The position numbers were made by a program, and so were the translations under genes. The notes below the pieces were generated by a model. It saw only the letters and a program-made list of their open reading frames with translations. It was not told the DNA's origin and searched no databases. From assembly GCF_009914755.1 (NCBI RefSeq), contig NC_060932.1: DNA of 64,000 bases. One strand, 5' to 3'. Origin of the DNA: the human T2T-CHM13v2.0 reference genome, Homo sapiens. Below, one piece after another: positions 51,730 to 64,000 of the stretch; position 1 is the stretch's first letter, and each line of letters begins with the position of its first letter.

Positions 51730-52760
51730 CATCTTTTCATTCAACAAATATTTCATTCAATAAATATTTACTGCTTGCCATGCACCAGAAACTTTTCCAG
51801 GGAAGCAGTGAACGGGAGAGCAAAACGGTGAACAATTTGCGTCTCCTGAGTACTTCCATTTTAGGGTGTTTGTGTATGTGTGTGTGTGCACACGCATGGA
51901 TGTGTGCAGGGGATGGTAGGGGATGGTGGGTGGTCGTGGAGCGAATTATCTAGGCAGAGTGGATAACAAGAATCTGCACTCAGTGCTAAGTGGGGAAATA
52001 AAGCCAACAAGGGGCAGAGAGAGGGCGAGCAGGGCTGATGGGCTTTTCAGGGGAGTCTTAATGAGGGCCCTTCCAGCCAAGACTGGGACATGAGGGCATG
52101 TCTGGTGGAAGAGCACCCGGGCAGAGTGGTAGAGTGAGGAGCGGGGCAGAGTCCCCAGCACCCCTGGTGCAGTTGAGGAACAGCAGGGAGGCTGGTGAGA
52201 CTAGAGTATGGGCATGGGGTTAGAGAGCAGGGCCCAAGTGGGTGTGGGGCCTCTTCCAGAGCCACGGAAGGATCTTTGCTTTTGCTGAGCGAGCGGGGAG
52301 CACTTGGGGCAATGGGGCAATGGGAAGAGCTAGGCAGAGGCAGGAGAATAGCTAGGACAGGTGGGTGAGGTCTGCAGGGCAGGGCAGGGCAGGGCAGTGG
52401 AGGGGGGGATGTAATTGGATTCAGGATATAGTTCGAACACAGAACCAACAGGATTTTCTCCTTGGATCAAAGATACTGAGTGTGATAAAGAGGCATCAAA
52501 GATGACTGGGAGATTCCTGGCCTGTTCTCTAGAAGAATGGGACTGCTGTTTCTGAGAGTGGAAACCCTTTGGGAGGGTTTGCTTCTGGCCAAGTGAGCAC
52601 ACCAGACCCCTGAGTGGAGGTGGAGGTGGGCAGTGAGGATAGTGATTGAGTCCCGAGTTAGGCATGATGGTGTTTGCAGCCTGGGGTTGGATGAGATCTT
52701 GGAGGGAATGGGGAGAGTTGGGGAAAAAATGAGGTTTAAGGTTTAGCCCTTTCTATTGGG
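51730..52760. mobile_element. L2 fragment
   Basis: ttcattcaataaatatttactg end motif followed by a purine-rich L2 body. Confidence 0.65.
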
Positions 52761-54206
52761 CTCCAAGGAGTTTCAAGACCTTAGACTCATTGCTGAGCCT
52801 CTTGAGAATCTCTGCTTCTGTTTGTAAGAGAGGATAACAGCAGCCACCCCACCTCGCAGGGATACTATTATGATTACTGAGGTGATGAATGCATGGAAGC
52901 TGCTTACATGAGTTCCCAGTTCTGTCTCTCCTCTCCTAGCAAGAGAGCGGCAACAGGGTCCACAGAGCTACTCCAAAGCCATCTGATTGCAAACAGCCTC
53001 TAAAAGAAGTCTGGGAAAATTACCAGGGAGATGTTTCCCACCAGCTCTGCTGCTTCCCTTTCAAACCTTGCGTTTGGCCACTCTCTAGAGGTTGGTCCCT
53101 TTCGCCCATCTTTCAGAGACTTTCCTTTGCTGGTTTCCTACACACCCCCTCCCCCTTTCCAAAACCTAGCTGGGTTTCTGCTCCAGTTTTGCAAACACCA
53201 TTCTCACCTAGGTGCCAAGATAAACTGGCCGGAGGTTACTGTTGATGGTGCTAGTGGGTATTTGGTTAACTTTCTCAATCAACTGGAGGTCACAGGGCCC
53301 ACCCCGAAAAGTAGCTGCCCTAAAAACCTGCTATTCTCCATCAGTGGGTGGGAGGTGGGGAGGGGGTGGGAGATGAGAAACCAGGAAGTAGAGATTTCTG
53401 AGAGGATCTAGAAAAAGAGAGATCATCTACACTCTGTCAGGCGGTTTTCATGCATAACTGATAAAACCATGCTGTTCTTGAAATTAAGATAATGGCACTA
53501 AATAAGAGCACATGTAGACTAAATATACTAAATATACGATTGTCTCATCCTGATCAACCTGATAGACCTAACAATAGGTTCAGCACAGTGAGAAGGATGA
53601 TAGTGTGCTTGGTCTTGCATTGCTTGTCTAGAATATTGTGAGAAAAAGTACATTAGTGCCAGAAAAATAACTTGAAGGTGAAGTGCTTTCTGACAGTACT
53701 TCCAAAATACACAGATTTAATGAAAAGAGGAAAAATTTAGTGAAGATAACACCAGCATTGAAAAACAAAGCCTGTTTCCAGGGAAACAGCAATTTTTTAA
53801 AATATTTTTCTTTTTAATGGAAACAGAATGTGACAGTGGACTTGAGAATCCCAATCCTTAAACTCAAGAGTCAGGAGTTGAGTAAATTCCCTTATTTTTA
53901 TAGATTTCACAAATTAATTCAGAAGTCTGTTCTTGGCAAAGTTTACGCATTCTGAAATAATGATTTTTACAGTTTAAAATTTTGAATTTCCTAAGTTACT
54001 TTTCTATAAATGTCTTCTTTGTTTTTTATGATTATTAAAGCAAAAAAGGTGCCCATGTTCCCCCTGCCCCCCCATTTCAGAAAGCACTGAAAAAACAAAA
54101 CCAAGAAAAGACTGATAACTTCACTGCATTACTAAGTGGGTTGACTATGTGCTTGTGACAATTTTAGTCATCACGCTGGTTATTTGTCCTTCGAAAATGT
54201 TTTCCT

Positions 54207-54514
<308 letters not shown>

Positions 54515-54616
54515 ATGTTTTCCTCTGCCAGTTGGGATAATACCATAACTCTGTCTGGGAAGCTGCTTTTCTCACTGAGCAATGTGTTCCGAGCGTGTTT
54601 CCAGGCCAGCCCTCAC

Positions 54617-54704
54617 CTGTGTTCTGGCCTCCAAGCCGAGGGCTGGGCTTCTGGGCTGGCTTGTCAATATTAACGAGGTTGGTAGAGTCCCTTGCCATGA
54701 CAAG
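54617..54704 (-). other. Candidate first coding exon, [27 protein letters not shown]
   Basis: Long pyrimidine tract then gatcag|, ATG at 54698 in gtcATGG context, donor cag|gtgagg. Confidence 0.55.
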
Positions 54705-55259
54705 CTGATCGTGTAGTGAAGGATAAAGAAGAAGGAACCCAGAATACACTCCACAATGATGTAGCCAGGTGTCTGATAGAAGTCTGGCTTTGGGAAAAGG
54801 GATTTTCCAGGTAGGACTTGAAAGGTAAGTTAGAATTAGCCAGGCCAAGAGCAGAGGGTGCTCTGGGCAGAGAGGAAGGCTCTGGGAGGAGAGACCTCGG
54901 GGTTGAAGAGCTGGGTGGAGGTCGGCCTGGCCTGGGCAAGGGCTGAGTCAAGGTCAGAGGAGAGATAAGCGCCGAGGAGTATGTTGGGGAGTTCAGACGA
55001 TCCTGAGTACCTTGAGAAACTCTGAAAGGGGGAGTCTGAGCGAGGGAATGACAATCAGATTTGGAGTTTGGAAAGATTATTCTGGAGTGTGGAGGGTGTT
55101 TGGGGACACCAGGGAGAGACAGTGACACCAGGGAGGGGGCCTTGGCAGAGTTTTAGGAGGTAGAAAGAGAGCAGGAGAGAGATTGATGCCAGCAACATTG
55201 AGGCAGTAGAAAGGAAAGGGCTTAGTGTTTGCGGTGGTGTGTAGCCTTTGAGGAAGGGC

Positions 55260-55720
55260 ACGTTCCGCGGGGGGTGGGCTGTCAGCCACTTCAGACCACC
55301 TCTTGCCCCCCTGCTAAAGACTGACTGAAGCGGGGCAAGCCTTACAGACCAGGCGGCCCTGTGTTCCTGTGGCCTTTGGTGAGGCTGCTACTGGGCCTGT
55401 GTGGCAGCTCAACTTCACTCTGCCAGGTCTGCCTCGACCTTCCCCGAACTCCAGGAGCCCACCCAGGGGTACGCCGGAATAAAGCTCCGGTGCAGTAACC
55501 TCCATCTCGAGGCTGCTTCGTGGGGAGCCTGACCTGTGGCAGTGACTGCGAGCCACGCGGAGAGTTACTCACTGTAATCAAGAACTAATGGGGTGGGGAT
55601 GGGGGGAAACCGGGAGGTAGGTGGCTTAGCGTGGGGCATGGGGACTTGGGGGCCAGGGGAGACATCCGGGAGGCGGGTCAACGAGGTCCATGGTTTTGCG
55701 GTGGAGTCTGGTTTGAAGTC
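55260..55720 (-). promoter_or_regulatory. CpG/GC-enriched candidate promoter and first exon, overlapping an old MLT1-like LTR fragment (~55330-55540)
   Basis: Local CpG excess, GC-box-like gggaggcggg, minus-strand donor ttaca|gtgagt at 55573. Confidence 0.35.
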
Positions 55721-55749
55721 TCCTGGGCAAAAAGGTATTCCTTGCCAGC

Positions 55750-56150
55750 CTTTCCTCCCAAATACTTCCAGTTTCTTAAATATACTTTGTTTTCATTTAC
55801 CTCAGAGTCTTTATACAAGCTATTCCGCTGCCTGGAACATTCTTTTTTCCCTTGATTTCTTCTATTAATACTTTCTTCTCATTCTAAGGAAGTGACTTCC
55901 TCCAGGAAGTCATCCTGGACTCACCCGGCTCTAGTTCAGGGGCCTGACGAGCATCATGCGCCCGGCATTTCCCACATCACAGCCCTTGTCATGTGATGTT
56001 ATAATTGCCTATTTTCTTCTTTGTGTTCCTCCCCAAAGTTTATAAACTTTGAGATAAGAGACTTTGTCGAAGTTGTTAAAGGCTTTATCAGCAGCACCTA
56101 GTGTGGTTCCCGATACAGGAGGTGTCAGGAAATAATTGTGGAGTGAACCA
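55750..56150. mobile_element. L2 3' fragment
   Basis: ctgcctggaacattctt...cttcctccaggaagtc...cagcacctagtgtgg. Confidence 0.6.
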
Positions 56151-59100
56151 ATGGTAATTAAAACAGACACTTGGAAAGAAGAGGAGGAATACATAGATTA
56201 AAGGTGAAGTCAGGAGCAGAAGAGGAAACAAAGATAGCAGGGGAGGGTGGCCAGGAGGTAAGGGTCATTTGTTCACTAAATTTAACCAGAATTTATTATC
56301 CAAACGTTGTTGGACATTTAAGTCCTCCCAACATTTTCTTAATAATTTGCTATGACAAACAATATCTTCATAAGCACCCTCCTACATGTAGATTTTGTGG
56401 ATGTTTTTATATAATACCCATAGGATAAATGTATCGAAGTGGAAATTTCAGTGTCAAAGGATTTCCTGTTAAATTTTTGATATTTTTAGTGCCAATTTAT
56501 CCTCCAGAAACATATCATTTTCTGCTTATTCCCAGCCCTGAATTATTTAACATTTTAAATATGAAGCTCTTGTTTATTTTGAAAACTGTGATAAAATATG
56601 TATAACATAAATCTACCGTTTTCACTGTTTTTAAGTGTGCAAGTCAGGGGCACTGATTACATTCATAATGTTGTACAGTCGTCACCACTATTCATTTTGA
56701 GAACCTTTTTTTTAAATCATCTCAAACAGAAACTCTGCGCCCATTATACAGTAACTCCCTTTCTCCCCTTCTCATTTGTTCCTGAGAATCATTTGCATTT
56801 TTTAGGAAGGAAGCTTGAGTTCATTGCATTTTCATCCAACGAGAGGAATGGCAAGTGACTTAAAAACTTCTGATTCTGCATTAGGCCAGCAACCTTGAAC
56901 ATGGGCAAGTAAGCATGTCTTTATGCCAAGGCATGGGGCATAATAATATACAGACTCACAATGCCATGGAATAGATAGCCTTTGGGGTTTCATAGACCCA
57001 GAAGAACATCTGTTGGTAACACTTAGGAGCTCCTCAGCCAATCTGGGGATATTTAATTATCTAATTATTTCAAATAAGCCAAGAATCACATGTTTAGGAT
57101 TTTGGAAGCCTATCCCAAACTAGAAATAAGATACAGAAAGGTTCTCATTGTTTTTGCAGGTGAAACACTTAACCCTGAGTATCAATGATGTTGTAGCTCA
57201 TCCAAGCACTTTTAAGGAGTGCTTACAATTTTTTCAGAAGTTTGTAAAGACAAGTTTAGTTTTTGCTCTGAAATGGTTTCCTACATTCGTGTTAAAGATT
57301 GCATTTAATGCTTATATTTCCACAATACCTTCTGGAGAGCGCTCATGGGAAGGCAGAATAACCTAAGGCTGAGACACTGTGGGAACCAGATGAGAATCTA
57401 TTTGGGCCTTGATAGGGATCCTGAAGTTAAGATATGTGGAGACCCTTCAAACAATAGCAGTTTGCAGCTCTGCTAATTATTGGCTCTTGCCTATCTGTTA
57501 CTGTTAGAATTACTGAGCAAAAAGGTATTGTATTGAAACCCTGGCTGAAACAAGAGGGAGAATTTATGGAGGATTAACTTTCTTTTATCTTTTTACCTTT
57601 TAAATAGGGTAATAGTCTCACAAACTGAATTAAAGGGAGGTGCTTTCTTAAAGGCTTTGAAGTTTTTCTTTACAAACAGAGTTGAATTTATTTGAGCCCT
57701 TTCCCTTCAAAGTAAAAGCCCCACAAGGAAATGATTTCCTTCATGCATTTCTTGCCCTTTGTGAATTAACAGGAGTTATACAGTAAAAGAGAGGGCCTAA
57801 TAGGGAGTGGGGGCAAGTCAATCCCTCTAGAATATAAAATAAATGCTGATGGGCTCTTAAAATGACAGAACCATTTTTGTAATGATGAAAAGGTTTTCCT
57901 TCTGCATCTTGGAAGCATGAAACCCTGAGGATGAGGATAAAGCTAACAGAGAAAAAAATTCCAAAAATTGTATGCCCCTGAGGTGTGTGCATCTTCATCT
58001 TGTACTATTTATTTGTTATTTTAAAAGTAAATTTTATTGCATATATTTGGTGCTATTTAAATTCAGCCAAATGCTGTCCGATGGTGGGGCTTTCTGTATT
58101 TCAGCCTCTGAAAAAAATAAACAAGAAAATCGTGTGTAAATGTTTTAAGATAGCCAAAACTGATGTCTTACAAGTTACCAATTTTCATGGCCACCCTATC
58201 CCCAGAATAATTTTCCATTAAGAGTGTCCTCTGCAGCAGCCTCAGCTCCCCAGCCAGTTCTACCCCGCTGAGCTCTCCAACTGCACCTCCTTTCCAGGAC
58301 TATTTCTTCATTTGCACAATGGGAATATAAATGTGGGGTAAGTCAGGAAGCTATAATACTACTGGGGCTAGAGGCATGGGAATAGAGAAGATGTTCACTT
58401 TATGCACTTTTGAAACATTTTGCATCATTTTATTTTATTAAAAAGAAAAAGTTGGGTGAGATGAAGCCATGTGTGTAGGTGTGCTGGCTCAACTTTTGTA
58501 GGTGACAGTGGGCGTGTCCTGGCTTGGGTCTGTTGTCAGCATGACATCGGGTGAGTGATGACATGAGTCTGGCTTCACCTTCTCTGATGGTAGAATGAGG
58601 GGTGTTGAGGGGCAGACGTCTCTTGGAATTTTGAAAGCAAGCATTACTTTCTTTGGAGTTGGGCTCTGGAGAGCAGGAAAGGATTGGGAACGTTTGTAGT
58701 GGCAGACAAGTTGCAAAGATAGTACAAAATGTTCCCATATACTCCTCACCCAGTTTTCCCCATTCTTAATCTCTCTATATATGTATGTGCATATTTTTCC
58801 TTTTGACTTAATTTCTTAAGTACTTAAGAGTATCTCAAGCCTAGACACTTTGCCAACTATCTAAAGCTCACCTCTGGATGTTCAGACACAAGTAACCTAT
58901 TAATGTAACATTCTGAGGAAGTCCCTCTGGATCCTACTCCAATCTTGACTGGCTGCCCTTCCTGTCTGAGGATTCCCACTCCCTCCTCTGTGCTAGGTTT
59001 CCTGTTCCTAAAAGCCATATTTCTCTCTTCCTTGGTTTACTCATACATAAGCTTTTAAAATAGCTTTCTGAGAAAAAATACATGGGAAATAAAATTTTGC

Positions 59101-59451
59101 ATGTCTAAAAATGTCTTTATTCTAGCTTCGTACTTGACTGATAAATTGGCTGCATACAGACTTTTCCTTTCAATTCCCACGCTGCTGTTGGGACATCTAT
59201 AGCCATTATGATTATGAGCCTTTGAAGGGGATCTGTTTGTTTTGTTTATTTTTCCTTTGTGGAAGCATATGTCATGTTATCTTTGTTCTCAGTCTTTTCT
59301 TCCCGTGTGTATATGTATTCCTTGTTTTATACTACCTGTTCATGTTTCATGGTTGCAATATCGTCTCTTAGTTAATATTAGTTTTGGGGGAGAAATTTCT
59401 TCCCCCTGCACAGTCCCTTATTTCTTCCAAGTTGGTTTTTCTACTTGTTTT

Positions 59452-59512
59452 GGTCTCTGTTTCTGTCTCTGTCTCTATCTCTCTCTCTTTCTCTTTCTCT
59501 TTCTCTCCTTCT
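59452..59512 (+). repeat. (TCTCTG/TCTCTT)n simple repeat
   Basis: Direct reading. Confidence 0.85.
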
Positions 59513-60484
59513 TTAATGATAAACCATTTCCTCGGGTGTTTGATAATCCTGGACAGGCAAAAAACAGTGGATTGGAAACTCCGACACACAAAGTTGTTAC
59601 TGTCAGGAGATAGTCTGGACCCATAAGTTGAGCAACGTCTAATATAATTTTTAAAAAAGTGTTTCCTCCTGAGAAGGCCATATTCTCTAGCGAAGGCTGT
59701 TCTCATCTCCTGGCAGAAAGAGGAAGCCATCCTGCCAGTATTTTGGAAGCTGCACAGAGGAAGAGGAACCCGAGCTTCAGCAAGCAGTTCCCTTGTTTCA
59801 CTATTGTAACCCACCTTTACATGTGGGGTGGCCCAAGCCAGAGACTTGGGTTAGCTCTCTTCAGGGAATAAACCTCCATTTTTTTTCCCATCTGGTAGGG
59901 GAGGGTAATTGGTTAATTGGAGATCTGATAGTTGCTTACGTAGACTTTCAATCAGTCACCTAGTTTCCTAAATATATCTAGGTCATCCATTTACCCTTCT
60001 TTCAGGTATCTGATATGGTATTTCCAGAGGCTGTGGAGGATTCATATTAATCAGTTTGATTGTCACCTCTCTCCATAGGACTATGCTGTCTTGGGTCTGC
60101 TGATTCATTTGTGACTCTCCGTCTACTTTCTAGCATCCAAAGTTATTGCTCTTAGCTCCTTTTTGTTCTCTCCTTTTCTGTAGATTTCTGTCTTAAAATT
60201 TATTTCTTCATTTTAGTGGAATTGCAGTAGAAATGATAATAGGTGCATGTATTCCACCTGCTATCTTTTTATTAGTGGTCTCTGTTATTATCATTTTCTC
60301 CCCTTGATGTCTTCACTTTTCATCCTATTACTTATCCACCTCATGATTAAGCGTTAGAAAAGAGTTCGCCAAATAATTTTACACTTCAATGACACAGAGA
60401 CCAAGAAAAAGAAAGATTATTTGACTTAGAGCAGAGCTGAGAAAGTGGCAAGTCAAATGTCTTAATTATTCTTTTATTTTACTT

Positions 60485-60782
60485 TTTAAATTGAGACAGA
60501 ATCTCGTTCTGTCACCCAGGCTGGAATGCAGTGGCAATCTGATCTTGGCTCATAGCAACTTCTGCCTCCCGGGTTCAAGCAATTCTCTTGCCTCCAGCCT
60601 CCCAGCTAGCTGGGACTACAGGTGCACACCACCACACCAGGATAATTTTTGTAATTTTTTTAAGTAGAGCCAGGGTTTTGCCATGTTGGTCAGACTGGTC
60701 TCGAACTCCTGACCCCAAGTAATCCACCCACCTCGGCCTCCCAAAGTGCTGGGATTACAGGCATGAGCCACTGTGCCCAGCC
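60485..60782 (-). mobile_element. AluS
   Basis: TSD ttaattatt. Confidence 0.9.
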
Positions 60783-61220
60783 TTAATTATACTATTCAAT
60801 GAATCTCCAGTCCAACAGCTAATGTCCTGTCTTATTTACATACTAAAGGTGTGGTGGTTGCTATCAACAGGCTCAAAAGTCCTCTAATAAGACAATTTCA
60901 CAGAAAAAAAATTTTTAGGCAATTGTTTGCCTAGTGGAATAATACAGCATACATTCTATACAGGCAAAAGTTCGCTAGAATTTGTTGACTTGTATTTTCA
61001 ACAGTGCCCTACCACTGAAAGTGGCAGTGGAGTTGCAATAAAAATAGTATTTAAAACACATTATAAAAGATAAAACCACTTTATAGTCTTAACTACTATA
61101 GTGTGATTTTAATCTGCTTAATGCTTCTCTCGAAAATAAACTGAAATAAAAGTTTTTGTATTTTTTGACATTTGGAACTATTTTTTTTTCATTAAAAATC
61201 AATTTATGTGAAATTGTGGT

Positions 61221-61594
<374 letters not shown>

Positions 61595-62055
61595 TAGAAG
61601 ACATGACTGCAAATACAGGGTGGTATGTCTTCAGTGATGGTGTGCCAGCCTCATATATTGAAAGTGAAGTTCCTGCTTCTGCATTTATTCATATGCTGGG
61701 TAATTTAAGCTACTAAAATGAAAGCAAATAAGAAAAATAAGGGAGAACAAGAATCAGGAAACAATGAAAAGTACTGAACATTTATTGAGTGCCAGTTATG
61801 TGCTAGGCATTTTCATGCATGTTGAAGTCTTTGCCTAGAGTTTTCTTTGTTGAACAAAAACCTCAGTGGGCTTATAACTGAGAACTTTGTATATAGGTAA
61901 TGTGCTCTACCAGAAATTTAGTGTGAAGACTACTATTATTATAAGATAGCAACTATCTTCAAAGGAAAGATATCTGTAATTTGCTGTTAGAATGGCAATG
62001 TATTCTTTTAGGAACTTGCTGTGCAGAAATATATATATATTCATATATAAAGTCA

Positions 62056-64000
<1,945 letters not shown>

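Noticed and set aside
55297-55318. CTCF-like motif (agcaggggggca); another at ~247-262
   Set aside because: Both deviate from the core consensus spacing; not supportable without ChIP data.
57148-58560. Plus-strand acceptor (57159) with a 72-aa ORF and donors near 58338 and 58551
   Set aside because: No coherent exon chain or recognisable protein; could be chance or a divergent lncRNA.

Overview
Primate genomic DNA (AluJ/S/Y present, so human-like), dense in repeats: about 45 Alus, old L1M/L2/MIR fragments, MER6, MER82, Tigger3, MER3, MER5, and MER57 and MLT1 solo LTRs. I found no intact protein-coding gene, and almost all ORF-track entries are Alu, L1 or simple-repeat artefacts. Two gene-derived features stand out. 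(1) A processed DPM3 pseudogene (~2873-3294, +) sits inside an L1MB element. (2) The non-repetitive islands between repeats hold a chain of about 18 minus-strand exon-like segments from ~55.6 kb down to an AATAAA at 20..15. Most have AG/GT splice sites and many have matching intron phases. Some are fully open and protein-like; others carry stops, frameshifts or mutated splice sites. I read this as a decayed multi-exon protein-coding gene (candidate unitary pseudogene, possibly now a spliced lncRNA), and I could not recognise the protein family. Smaller oddities: a 26-nt locally templated insertion into an Alu, a deletion that fused two inverted Alus, a ~720-bp CA-rich repeat grown inside MER6, and an RFX X-box. 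Repeat subfamily names come from recalled consensus sequences and repeat boundaries are approximate.
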